NCBI GenBank assembly: GCA_963817955.1 | Contig: CAWFQK010000002.1 | Coordinates: 480,001-544,000 of the forward strand | Direction: 5' to 3' | From: an uncultured Gemmatimonadaceae bacterium | Lineage (GTDB): Bacteria > Gemmatimonadota > Gemmatimonadetes > Gemmatimonadales > Gemmatimonadaceae | Length of the DNA: 64,000 nt | Shown: positions 28,896 through 38,296 of the stretch, piece after piece | Numbering within the stretch: position 1 is the first letter of the stretch | How the letters are laid out: every line of letters begins with the position of its first letter | Program-made: the position numbers and the translations under genes | Notes under the pieces: model-generated | Database searches by the model: none | Seen by the model: the letters and a program-made list of their open reading frames with translations, nothing else | Told to the model about the DNA's origin: nothing

Positions 28896-30233
28896 ATGAG
28901 AGTTCCCGCAACAACTTCGATTGAGTCCGCCACACGTCCGGGTTGTGCTCCCGGCGCGGCAACGCGAGCGCAGGCGCGCCCTGCCACCGAAAGCCGGTAC
29001 GCGGCGGTCCGCACCCAGACCGAGGCGCTCTGTACCACGCTCGCGACCGAAGACTATGTCGTCAGCAGCATGCCGGACGTCAGTCCGACCAAGTGGCACC
29101 TGGCGCACACGAGCTGGTTCTTCGAGACGTTCGTTCTCGCCGCGTTTGCGCCGCACTACCGCACGCCCAATCCGAAGTACGCCTATCTGTTCAATTCGTA
29201 CTACGTGCAGGCCGGCGAGCGCCACTGTCGCGCACAACGCGGACTGGTCACGCGACCGACCGTCGCGGAGGTCTTCGCCTATCGTGCGCACGTCGACGAC
29301 GCCATGCGGTCGCTCCTCTCGAGCATCGGCGACGATCCGGTACACCCTGCCCTGCCGTTGGTCGAATTGGGGCTGCACCATGAGCAACAACATCAGGAAT
29401 TGCTCCTGACGGATATCAAGCATGTGTTCTGGACCAATCCCTTACGGCCGACGTATCGGCCGCGGGTGCAGCAGATGGACGCGCGCTCATCCTCTGAGTT
29501 GCGCTGGCATGACATTCCGGCCGGCGTGCGCTCGATCGGACACGCCGGCGGCGGATTCACGTTCGACAACGAGCGCCCAGCACACCGCGTGTTCATCGAG
29601 CCAGTCCGGATCGCGTCGCGTCTCGTCACCAATGCCGAGTATCTCGCCTTCATTCAGGACGGCGGCTACCGTCGACCGGAGTTGTGGTTGTCAGCAGGAT
29701 ATGCGGCGGCTCAGGATGGGCACTGGGAGGCGCCGCTGTACTGGGACCATACAAGCGACAGCTGGACGGAATTCACGCTAACCGGAACCCGTCCGCTCGA
29801 CCCCGCTGCGCCGGCCTGCCACGTGAGCTATTACGAGGCGGACGCATTCGCGCGGTGGGCCGGCCACCGCTTGCCGACGGAAGCGGAATGGGAAGTTGCA
29901 GCCAGCAAAACACCCGTCGATGGGCAGTTCGTGGAAGCTGAGCATTTTCATCCCGCCCCCGCAGAGCAGAACGCAGACGCTGAGTACCCCGCGCAGCTCT
30001 ACGGCGACGTGTGGCAGTGGACCCAGAGCGCCTACACCGCGTATCCTGGTTATCGTCCACCGCCAGGAGCGATCGGCGAATACAACGGCAAGTGGATGTC
30101 GGACCAATGGGTGTTGCGCGGCGCATCATGCGCGACACCTCGAAGCCACGCACGTCTGACGTACAGAAACTTCTTCCCCTCGGCGATGCGATGGCAGTTT
30201 GCCGGCATCCGTCTCGCGGACGACGCGTCGTGA
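28896..30233 (+). CDS. egtB: Ergothioneine sulfoxide synthase EgtB
   Basis: DinB-like domain SPTKWHLAHT, FNSYY, HHEQQHQE iron ligands; FGE-sulfatase domain FDNE.P.H, RLPTEAEWE, GEYNGK, YRNFF. Confidence 0.92.
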   Translation: MRVPATTSIESATRPGCAPGAATRAQARPATESRYAAVRTQTEALCTTLATEDYVVSSMPDVSPTKWHLAHTSWFFETFVLAAFAPHYRTPNPKYAYLFNSYYVQAGERHCRAQRGLVTRPTVAEVFAYRAHVDDAMRSLLSSIGDDPVHPALPLVELGLHHEQQHQELLLTDIKHVFWTNPLRPTYRPRVQQMDARSSSELRWHDIPAGVRSIGHAGGGFTFDNERPAHRVFIEPVRIASRLVTNAEYLAFIQDGGYRRPELWLSAGYAAAQDGHWEAPLYWDHTSDSWTEFTLTGTRPLDPAAPACHVSYYEADAFARWAGHRLPTEAEWEVAASKTPVDGQFVEAEHFHPAPAEQNADAEYPAQLYGDVWQWTQSAYTAYPGYRPPPGAIGEYNGKWMSDQWVLRGASCATPRSHARLTYRNFFPSAMRWQFAGIRLADDAS

Positions 30234-30240
30234 GGAGCGA

Positions 30241-31209
30241 ATGACCTCACCGATCGAACTCCGTGCTGCCCTGGCCGACGTGCACGCGCAACGCTCGGCA
30301 CTCGCCGACGAAGTGTTGCGTGGTTTGCAGGCGCATCCGAAGACGCTGCCGCCGAAACTCTTTTACGACGAGACCGGAGCAAAGTTGTTCGAGGAAATCA
30401 CCGCCCTCCCGGAGTACTACCTGACGCGCGCGGAACTCGAGATTCTCCGCGAGCACGCGTCGGAGATCGCGGCGCTTGCCGGCCCTGGCGCGGCACTCGT
30501 CGAATTCGGGAGCGGCGCCGGCATCAAGGTCCGCCTGTTGCTCGACGCGTTCGAACACCCGGCGGCCTACGTGCCCATCGACGTGTCGCAAGCACAGCTG
30601 GCGAGCGTGGCGAGGGCGGTGGCATCAGACTACCCGGGACTCACCGTTCGTCCGCTATGTGCCGACTACGTCGGCCGCCTCGATCTGCCGCCGTTGCCCA
30701 AGAGCGGACGGCGGGTAGGTTTCTTTCCCGGTTCGACCATCGGTAACATGCATCCGATGGAAGCTGCGGCGTTCCTGCACCGCGTTCGGCGCATGGTCGG
30801 ACCCGCGGGCCAACTCGTGCTCGGTGTCGACCGGCGAAAGGATGCTCAAACACTCGAGGCCGCGTACAACGACTCGGCGGGAGTGACGGCGCGATTCAAC
30901 CTCAACATTCTTTCAAGAATGAACCGCGAGCTGGACGCCGACTTCGACCTCGCACACTTTCGCCATCTGGCATTCTTCAACTCCGACGCGAGTCGAATCG
31001 AGATGCACCTGATGAGCCGCGGCCGCCAGCGAGTCCACGTCGGAGACACGCCGATTGACTTCGAAGACGGCGAAACGATCTGGACTGAGTCGTCGTACAA
31101 GTACGACGAGCGTCGTCTGGAAAACCTCGTCAGAGGCGCAGGCTACGGTGTGGAACGCCTCTGGACTGATCGACGCGAGCAGTTCTGGGTCGCCGTGCTC
31201 AGCACGTGA
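30241..31209 (+). CDS. egtD: L-histidine N-alpha-methyltransferase EgtD
   Basis: KTLPPKLFYDETG..LFEEIT.LPEYYLTRAE; EFGSG; FPGSTIGN; AAYNDSAGVTARFNLN; RIEMHL; TESSYKY. Confidence 0.95.
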   Translation: MTSPIELRAALADVHAQRSALADEVLRGLQAHPKTLPPKLFYDETGAKLFEEITALPEYYLTRAELEILREHASEIAALAGPGAALVEFGSGAGIKVRLLLDAFEHPAAYVPIDVSQAQLASVARAVASDYPGLTVRPLCADYVGRLDLPPLPKSGRRVGFFPGSTIGNMHPMEAAAFLHRVRRMVGPAGQLVLGVDRRKDAQTLEAAYNDSAGVTARFNLNILSRMNRELDADFDLAHFRHLAFFNSDASRIEMHLMSRGRQRVHVGDTPIDFEDGETIWTESSYKYDERRLENLVRGAGYGVERLWTDRREQFWVAVLST

Positions 31210-31877
31210 CGACGCGATCAGCGTCGGATCGGACCATCGTCGTGTTCGTTCGCGCGCCGGAGCGCGGTCGCGTGAAGACTCGTCTCGCCGCCGAACTGGG
31301 GACCGATGAAGCGCTGGGGATCTATCGGCGTCTGGCTGAACACACGCTACGCGCGGTGCGTCAGGTCGGCCATGCGCGTGTCGTGGTGTGTTACACGCCC
31401 GCCGACGCACGAGCGGCCGTTGCGGCGTGGCTTGGCGATGACGTCGAGCTTCGCGCGCAACGAGACGCCGATCTTGGAGTGCGGATGGCCGGTGCAATCG
31501 AGGATGCGCTTGCGGGTGGGACCGGTCCCGTTGCCATAGTTGGAACGGATTGTCCCGGTCTCGATCCGCAGCTCATCGATCGCGCCTTCGCCGAGCTCGC
31601 GAACGCGGATGTCGTTCTCGGCCCCGCGATGGACGGCGGCTACTATCTGCTGGCCGTGAAGCGGAATCACCCTGCCCTGTTCGCCGGCATTCCGTGGAGC
31701 TCGCCCGAGACATTCGCCGCAACGACGTCCGCCGCGGCGGTGGCAGGGCTGCGTGTCGGCCTGCTCGACCAGCGGCGCGACATCGACACGGCCGAGGATT
31801 GGGCGGCGTGGTGTGCCGAGGCGCCAGAGTGGGGATCGTACTCTCTGCCGAACACGTCACGGACCGAGGAGCCTTAG
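31206..31877 (+). CDS. TIGR04282/DUF2064-like transferase (arsenosugar/selenodomain-associated transferase 1)
   Basis: VFVRAPERGRVKTRL; Q...DLGVRM; IVGTDCP; VLGPAMDGGYYL; IPWS; DIDTAED. GTGA overlap with egtD. Confidence 0.9.
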   Translation: MTTRSASDRTIVVFVRAPERGRVKTRLAAELGTDEALGIYRRLAEHTLRAVRQVGHARVVVCYTPADARAAVAAWLGDDVELRAQRDADLGVRMAGAIEDALAGGTGPVAIVGTDCPGLDPQLIDRAFAELANADVVLGPAMDGGYYLLAVKRNHPALFAGIPWSSPETFAATTSAAAVAGLRVGLLDQRRDIDTAEDWAAWCAEAPEWGSYSLPNTSRTEEP

Positions 31878-31990
31878 CAGACTGTTGAAACGGTGCTGGC
31901 CAGAAGTCAGGAAATCGAGGGCATGCTCGCCGAACGCCAAGTTCGGGGGACCCTGTCCGCCTGAGCGAAGGCTGTCATCCTGAGCGAAGG

Positions 31991-32434
31991 CTGTCATCCT
32001 GAGCGAAGCGAAGGATCTCTGTGACCGATAGAGCAGCTTTTGAACGCAGAGGACGCAGAGAACTGCAAGAGAACTACCAGAGAACTGCAAAAGACCACTG
32101 CAAAAAACTGCAAACGAAAAACTGGAAGATGGAACTGTAAAGATAATTGTAAACGAGAACTGTGAAGGTACGGAAGAGGAAAGCGCGTATCGGTGGAATG
32201 AACCGTGTTTGCCGAGTCCACAATCATTCCGCCTATATCATTGATGATCCCGACCTGGGCGATACCATCGGAGCGTCACGACGGCATCATTCAAGACTTC
32301 CAGCGAGACAATCCTTCACGGCCCTCTACAGTTCTCGTGCAGTTCTCTGCGACCTCCTGCAGTTCTCTGCGTCCTCTGCGTTGAAAAGCTGGTCTATCGG
32401 TCACAGAGATCCTTCGCTGCGCTCAGGATGACAG
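31991..32434. repeat. Inner element: 77-bp inverted arms with REP-like ends around the conserved core (copy 2)
   Basis: 31991-32067 matches the reverse complement of 32358-32434 at 74/77 positions; the arms begin CTGTCATCCTGAGCGAAGCGAAGGATCTCTG. Confidence 0.9.
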
Positions 32435-32630
32435 CATTGCTCAGGATGACAGCATTGCTCAGGATGACAGCATTGCTCAGGATGACAGCATTGCTCAGGT
32501 TGACAGCGTTGCTCAGGATGACAGCATTGCTCAGGATGACAGCATTGCTCAGGTTGACAGCGTTGCTCAGGATGACAGCATTGCTCAGGTTGACAGCGTT
32601 GCTCAGGATGACAGCATTGCTCAGGATGAC
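32421..32630. repeat. 18-bp tandem repeat, 11 full units plus one partial
   Basis: Unit A GCTCAGGATGACAGCATT and unit B GCTCAGGTTGACAGCGTT in the order AAAABAABABA plus a partial unit. Confidence 0.97.
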
Positions 32631-32713
32631 GGGCCGTCGCTCCGGACGACAAGCCACGATCTTCGCACCCGCGTGACTAATTGCTGGCGATTCACTCGTC
32701 GTTCAACAGTCTG

Positions 32714-33406
32714 TTAGCTCCCACCAGGCTTGTTCGGCCGATAAAGTAATGCCAAACGCGTGGGAGCGACGCCCGCCGAATACGCGGCGAGCAGCATCCA
32801 GTTACGGGCGGTTCGCTTGAAGACTCCGTCCGTCGCCCAACGCCGTGCCGATACCGTGACGCACTCGCGGAGCGTGACGATGCGTGAGTGCGCTCTGAGT
32901 CGGCGCACGAACTCGACGTCCTCCATCAGCGGGAGCGGCGCGAACCCGCCCGCTCGATCGTAGGTGGTCCGGGTGAGTATCAGCCCCTGGTCGCCGTAGG
33001 GGAGACCGGCCAGTCGTGACCGCGCATCGGTTCCCCACTCCACCATTCTGTACGGCCACGCGTCCGCGGCGATCCGCAAGGCAAACGCGTACGCCACGCC
33101 GTCCGCACGTTGACCGACGACTCGATCGAGTGCTGCTCGCGCATCCTCGTCCAGGCGCGTGTCGGCGTGCAGGAAACAGAGCACATCACCCTGTGCGACC
33201 GCGGCGCCGGCGCGTAACTGATGGCCGCGCCCGCGCGGCGCAGCGACGACCTGTGCGCCCGCCTGGGCAGCGATGAGCGCCGTATCGTCGCTGCTGCCGC
33301 CGTCGCACACGATCACTTCATGCGGAGCTCGCACGCCCTCCAAGTCGTGGAGCAGCGAGGGCAGATCATGCTGCTCGTTGAGCGCCGGGATGACGATCGA
33401 AAGCAT
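32714..33406 (-). CDS. TIGR04283-like GT2 glycosyltransferase (transferase 2)
   Basis: LSIVIPALNE; DGGSSDDT; GRGHQL; FLHADT; LPYGDQGL; PLMEDVE; SARRW. Confidence 0.92.
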   Translation of the reverse strand: MLSIVIPALNEQHDLPSLLHDLEGVRAPHEVIVCDGGSSDDTALIAAQAGAQVVAAPRGRGHQLRAGAAVAQGDVLCFLHADTRLDEDARAALDRVVGQRADGVAYAFALRIAADAWPYRMVEWGTDARSRLAGLPYGDQGLILTRTTYDRAGGFAPLPLMEDVEFVRRLRAHSRIVTLRECVTVSARRWATDGVFKRTARNWMLLAAYSAGVAPTRLALLYRPNKPGGS

Positions 33407-33419
33407 GCCTGACTCCGGC

Positions 33420-34889
33420 CTAAGCCGCGTCTGAAGCGGACAGCGTTTCGAGCGACATCCCCGCTCCCTCGATCCCCCAGACCGACCACGGGACCATAGC
33501 GAGAGCGCCCGCGAGCCACATGATCGCAAGCGCCACAAATCCGCCGGTAATCCCGAGCGGCCCCTTCGCGATCCAGACCAACAACGGCGCGCTGGCGGCC
33601 GCGCCGATTCGCCCGACGCCAACGGATAGCCCAACCCCTGTCGACCGCAAGCGTGTCGGGAAGATCTCGGTGAATGTCGGATACGCCGTCGTCCACGCGC
33701 CGGTGCCGAAGAAATTCGCCGCCACGAACGCCGACAGGACCCACGCCCCGCTATGTGTCGCCGCCGCGGGCGCCATGAGCGCCGCGCCTGCCGCAGCCAA
33801 CACGTAGAACATCGGCACCGTGATGCGCCGGCCGAGTCGGTCGATCACACTCGCTCCGGTCAGGCCGCCCGCCAGCGCGCCGACGTTTCCAAGGAAGAAG
33901 AACCACGGAATCTGACTGTCGGGAATGTGGACTGCAGGAAGGACGACCAACGGCAGAAAGGCAAAGATACCGTAGTACCCGAACGCTTCGGACAGATCCA
34001 GCGCGCACCCAAGCGCCGTACGAGCCGGGTACACGCGAACGAGCTCCCACACTTGAGCAAAGAAGGGGGGTGTGTTCCCCGCGCGTAGGCTCTCAGCGTT
34101 CGTTGATGAGCGCATCAGTGGTGTAGCAGACACCAGCGCGGCTGAGGGCTGCCCCGCCGCCACTTCGATTTCGTCGATGACCAGCGCGGCTTCGTCGGTC
34201 CGTCCCTTGGCGAGCAACCATCGTGGCGATTCGGGGAGGCTGCGCCGCATCCAGAGGATGAACAGCGCGCCGACTCCACCGATGCCAAATCCGAGGCGCC
34301 ATCCGACATTGGCGGCGAACAGATTGATGAAGTAGAGGTTGGCCAGCGCAGCGATCATCGCGCCGACCGGCCAGAAATTCATCACCAATGAGTTGACCTT
34401 CCCACGATGGCGTGGCGGAATCAGCTCACTGATCGCGGAGTTGACTGCCGTGTACTCGGCGCCCACGCCGATCGCGGTCAGGAAGCGGAACGTCATCAGG
34501 AACCAGTAGCTGGTCGACAGCGCCGTGATGATCGTACAGGAGGAATACAGCAGCAAGGTGCCGATGAAGAGCCGCTTTCGCCCGAACCGATCGGCCAGAT
34601 AGCCGAAGACGAAGGCGCCAACCATGATACCGATGAGCCAGATGCTCACCACCCACGCGGCCTCACTATCGGTGAGATGGAAGACCTTCGCGATCACTCC
34701 GATCACACTTCCCACAATATTGACTTCGAACGAATCGAGCAGCCATCCGATGCCCAGGACGGCGGTGATGCGCGTGTGAAAACGGCTCCATCGCAGGTGA
34801 TCCAAACGGCTCGTCAGCAGTTCGGGCGTGGCCGGCACCCGCGACGCGAGGGATGCGATACTCCCGACTTCCGCGCAGCGTTCACGCAT
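33420..34889 (-). CDS. MFS transporter
   Basis: GYLADRFGRKR and IDRLGRR MFS motif A repeats; EIFPTRLRSTG; ~12 TM helices; TGATG coupling to the upstream gene. Confidence 0.92.
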   Translation of the reverse strand: MRERCAEVGSIASLASRVPATPELLTSRLDHLRWSRFHTRITAVLGIGWLLDSFEVNIVGSVIGVIAKVFHLTDSEAAWVVSIWLIGIMVGAFVFGYLADRFGRKRLFIGTLLLYSSCTIITALSTSYWFLMTFRFLTAIGVGAEYTAVNSAISELIPPRHRGKVNSLVMNFWPVGAMIAALANLYFINLFAANVGWRLGFGIGGVGALFILWMRRSLPESPRWLLAKGRTDEAALVIDEIEVAAGQPSAALVSATPLMRSSTNAESLRAGNTPPFFAQVWELVRVYPARTALGCALDLSEAFGYYGIFAFLPLVVLPAVHIPDSQIPWFFFLGNVGALAGGLTGASVIDRLGRRITVPMFYVLAAAGAALMAPAAATHSGAWVLSAFVAANFFGTGAWTTAYPTFTEIFPTRLRSTGVGLSVGVGRIGAAASAPLLVWIAKGPLGITGGFVALAIMWLAGALAMVPWSVWGIEGAGMSLETLSASDAA

Positions 34890-35713
34890 CAAAACCTCCC
34901 TCGTGCGCGTTCCTTGCCCGGAAGAATCTCGAGGCAGGTCGTCCACCAGCCGGTCCGAATGGTCTCGATGAATTCGTCTGGCAGACGCTCGTCTCGCATC
35001 TCGTCCGCCAGCGCGTCGACGTCGTACCGCACCGGAATGAACTCGACGGTGAGCGGCCTTCCGTCACCACGGTCCTCGCGCGGCACCTGGAGTATCGAAT
35101 ACCACACCACTGGCGTTCCGTCGTTCGCTGGCCGGCCAAGCGCGCCCACGTTCACGTGCCAGTTTCCCTGCGCCACTCGGCGTTGCCAGTGAATTCCCGT
35201 GTGTGTCGCGAGCGTGACGTCGCAATCGTAGTCACGATGCAGCTTCTCGAGAAAGTGCGTCGGGGTGGCGCTCTCCCAGAGGAACTCGTTCATCTGCCGC
35301 GGACTGCCGTGGCAGCAGAGCACGCGCAGCCCGCCCAGGTCGAAACGAAACTCGCTGGGCAGCGTGGCGAGCCACGCGCGATTCGCCGGCGACGTGTTGG
35401 CGTACGTGTACTGATAGGAGAGGCGGCCAAAGTAGTTGTCGCGTGGATCGGTGTAGCCGCATTGACAGTCGTCGAGGCCGCGGGCGACCGAATCGTCGTA
35501 GTTGCCGCGCATGACCTGAACGCCGTGCTCTCGCAGCAGCGGGAAGACCTTGTCGGGGCTCGGACCGAATGCGCCGAGGTCCCCGAGGCAATACAGCGCG
35601 TCGACACCGCGCTCGCGAGTGTCGCGCAGCGCCGCAGCCAGCGCGACGTGGTTGGAGTAGACGCCGCCGAATACGGCGATGCGGTGCATTGCGTTCAACG
35701 GTGGCCCACTCAC
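34889..35713 (-). CDS. Atypical metallophosphoesterase-family protein
   Basis: IAVFGGVYSN; CLGDL; GNYD; CQCGY; CHGSP; THTG; NVGALGRP. Start is GTG 35713 (overlapping the rSAM stop) or ATG 35689. Confidence 0.82.
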   Translation of the reverse strand: MSGPPLNAMHRIAVFGGVYSNHVALAAALRDTRERGVDALYCLGDLGAFGPSPDKVFPLLREHGVQVMRGNYDDSVARGLDDCQCGYTDPRDNYFGRLSYQYTYANTSPANRAWLATLPSEFRFDLGGLRVLCCHGSPRQMNEFLWESATPTHFLEKLHRDYDCDVTLATHTGIHWQRRVAQGNWHVNVGALGRPANDGTPVVWYSILQVPREDRGDGRPLTVEFIPVRYDVDALADEMRDERLPDEFIETIRTGWWTTCLEILPGKERARGRF

Positions 35714-36692
35714 GAGAGTCCCTCGATGGACGCCGGCGCGTTGGCGCAGATCGCGCCGCTCGCGTAGCAGGTGTAACACGCCGAGTCGATGAGTGCGGCC
35801 GGCCGGATCACGGCCTCGCCGAGCGTCATACCGAGTCGCGCGCTTGGTCGGTCGAGGAGAATTGGACACGCATACACGGCTTGCTCGGTGACGAGTCGCG
35901 CGCGCGAGCAGAGGAGCTGGTCCAGGTCGAAGCCGTGCAGCATCTCGTGCGTCACACGGTCTTCTGGCGCATAGCCGTGCGTTCGCGTGGCCTCGCCGCC
36001 AATGCGCAGCGGTGGCAGAATCTTGAGTCGCGGCCGGTGATAGTCGACGCTCGCGAGCAGGTCGCGGAACGCACGCAGGACGGCGACTCCTTCGTCGTCC
36101 GCCCACGTCTGCATCGCCGTGATGATGGGCAGGAAACCGGCAGCGACGAGCTCACGAATGCCGGCTAGCGCGCGCGCGAAGCTGCCCTCGCCGCGAATGT
36201 CGTCGTTCATGGCCGGCGTGGTGCCATCCAGCGAGACGCGCAGCTCGAGCGTGTACGGCGACCCAGCCGCGACATCCGCTAACGCGCGCGCGGTGCGACT
36301 GAGCACGAGAGTCGCGTTCGTGAGCACGGTCGCCGGCCCGTAGACGAGCGCGTCGCCGAGCATGGGCACGATCTCCCGGTGCATGAACGGCTCGCCGCCC
36401 GTGAAGTAGTATTCTCTGACTCCGAACGCCACCGACTCACGAAGCGCCGCACGGACCTGAGCGCGAGTCATGAACCAGAAGGAATGGTTTTGCGGCGTGC
36501 AACGGATGAAGCAGTGCCGACAGCGCAGGTTGCAGACGGTGCCGCTCACCTGAAACCAGAGCTGGTCCAGCGCGGCGAGCGGGACGCTTGGCGCGCTGCG
36601 TGCGCGGACAGCGCCAGCTGCACGAGCGGCGGTTCGCCGGCGTGTGGCGGGTGCTCGTTCGCGAGCGCGAGATTGCTGATCCTTTTCGTCAT
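35710..36692 (-). CDS. Radical SAM protein, distantly ArsS-like; probable frameshift near the 5' end
   Basis: APSVPLAALDQLWFQVSGTVCNLRCRHC (CxxxCxxC); FTGGEP; LTNATL; RVSLDG; C-terminal CSRAR..YACP..CYTCYASGAIC. The nearest usable upstream ATG (36692) is in another frame. Confidence 0.85.
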
Positions 36693-36714
36693 CCTTGATT
36701 CATCTCCGTCGCCC

Positions 36715-38121
36715 TTACCGGCGCACGTACCAGTTCGTGACGCGCTGCACGATCCCGGTGAAGCGCGAGCGCGTATACGACTCCGCCGCTTGCCGGATCG
36801 CCTCAGGATACGTGGGGTACGCATGCATCGTGTTGCCGAGCGCTCCGGCGGAGATCCCGTGCTTCATGGCAAGCACGATCTCGCCGATCAAATTGCCTGC
36901 GCCGTGCCCAAGAATATGTCCGCCCAGGATCCGGCCTTTGCGGTCAGTCACGAGCTTGACCAGCCCTTCGGGTCTGCCGTCCACGATCGCGCGATCCACA
37001 TCACTGAAAGCGCGGCGCCAGATGCGCACGTCGCCGCTGAACCGTTCCCGCGCCTCCTTCTCGGTGAGGCCAACATGGGCGAGCTCGGGCTCCGTGAACG
37101 TCACCCACGGCACGGCTGAGTAATCCACGCTCGAGTGAAACGGAAAGAACGCGTTGCGGATGACGAGCCGCGCCTGGTAATCCGCAACATGCGTGAATCG
37201 CAGCGGTCCGATGCAGTCGCCCGCTGCCCAAACGCCGCGCGCCGTGGTGCGGAGCTGATCGTCGACGACGATGCCGTCCTTCGTCGCCTGCACGCCAGCC
37301 TTTTCCAGATCGAGCGACGCGAGATTCGGCGTCCGGCCCGTCGCGACCAGGAGCGCATCGCCCTCGAACACCGGCGCGTTGCCGATCCCGGTGTGAAGCT
37401 GCACGCGACCACCCGTTTGGGTTGCGCGTTTCACGGCGGTGCCGAGATGGATCTCGACGCCCTCAGTTCCAAGCCGGTCGCCCAGCAGTTCCGCCAGCTC
37501 GTGGTCCTCACGCGGAAGGAGCTGCGATGCCGCTTCGATGACCTGCACGCGAGTCCCGAGTCGCGCGAATGCCTGCGCCAACTCCAAACCGATGGCGCCG
37601 GCACCGAGAATCAGCAGCGTCTTCGGCTGCCGCTCGAGCGAGAAGACGGTCTCGTTCGTGAGGTACTTGACGTCGGCCAGACCATCGATAGGCGGAACGG
37701 CGGGCTTCGTGCCCGTCGCGATGACGATGCGCTTCGCCGTGAGCGAACGCCCGTCAACGTCGAGCGTGCGATTACCGGTGAAGCGGGCGCTACCTTCAAC
37801 TACCTCGACTCCGAGCGAGCGAAAGCGGTCGGGACTGTCATGTGGGGCGATGCGATGTTGCGCCTCGTGCACCCAATCCATGACAAGACCGAAATCCAGT
37901 TCCATTGCGCTCGTATTCACACCAAACCGAGATGCATACCGCGTGTCATGCGCCGCGCGAGCCGCCGCGATGAGCGCCTTGCTCGGCACGCAGCCGTTCC
38001 ACAGGCACTCGCCACCCAGCCGGTTTCGCTCGATGAGCGCGACGCGCGCACCGATTCCTGCGCTGCCGGCAGCAGTAACAAGCCCTGCGGTCCCGCCCCC
38101 AACCACGATAATATCGTACAT
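36715..38121 (-). CDS. Class I pyridine nucleotide-disulfide oxidoreductase (Lpd/MerA-like, without the MerA C-terminal Cys pair)
   Basis: GGGTAG; GGECLWNGCVPSK redox disulfide; GAGAIGLE; ATGRTPN; AAGDC; HAYPT. Confidence 0.9.
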   Translation of the reverse strand: MYDIIVVGGGTAGLVTAAGSAGIGARVALIERNRLGGECLWNGCVPSKALIAAARAAHDTRYASRFGVNTSAMELDFGLVMDWVHEAQHRIAPHDSPDRFRSLGVEVVEGSARFTGNRTLDVDGRSLTAKRIVIATGTKPAVPPIDGLADVKYLTNETVFSLERQPKTLLILGAGAIGLELAQAFARLGTRVQVIEAASQLLPREDHELAELLGDRLGTEGVEIHLGTAVKRATQTGGRVQLHTGIGNAPVFEGDALLVATGRTPNLASLDLEKAGVQATKDGIVVDDQLRTTARGVWAAGDCIGPLRFTHVADYQARLVIRNAFFPFHSSVDYSAVPWVTFTEPELAHVGLTEKEARERFSGDVRIWRRAFSDVDRAIVDGRPEGLVKLVTDRKGRILGGHILGHGAGNLIGEIVLAMKHGISAGALGNTMHAYPTYPEAIRQAAESYTRSRFTGIVQRVTNWYVRR

Positions 38122-38296
38122 CGACCCTCGCTCAGATCGCGCCATGGCCGGCTACGCAGCAGCCACCGCGACAAGTCACAGGCGATGCCAAGAGTTCCCA
38201 GGTGAACGTGTGAGACTGCCAGCAAGGGCGGGAACCACGCCGAGCTTGCGGGACTTGTCAAGTTAGCGTTTACCCGGATTCCCGAGGTCTTTCGCA

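Larger units (their letters stand above)
31878..32713. mobile_element. Non-autonomous MITE-like element with 12-bp terminal inverted repeats and a TTAG target duplication
   Basis: TTAG|CAGACTGTTGAA ... TTCAACAGTCTG|TTAG (duplication at 31874-31877 and 32714-32717); no transposase ORF inside. Confidence 0.8.

Noticed and set aside
28896..30233. Selenoneine synthase SenA or ovothiol synthase OvoA
   Set aside because: The motifs (HEQQHQE, FNSYY, GEYNGK) and egtD adjacency fit EgtB; there is no senB/senC and no fused methyltransferase.
32421..32630. Possible CRISPR array
   Set aside because: The 18-bp units are contiguous with no unique spacers, and there are no cas genes.
32394..32676. Repeat-protein ORFs (VILSNA)n, (HPEQCC)n and (MTALLR)n
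   Set aside because: These are translations of the REP-derived tandem repeat in several frames, with no RBS or coding context.
36689..36703. Second selenocysteine UGA at the radical SAM 5' end (ATG AAT CAA GGA TGA)
   Set aside because: Read-through would continue in a frame that does not contain the CxxxCxxC domain; a frameshift explains the region better.
36715..38121. Mercuric reductase merA
   Set aside because: No C-terminal Cys-Cys pair, no NmerA domain and no mer operon genes.
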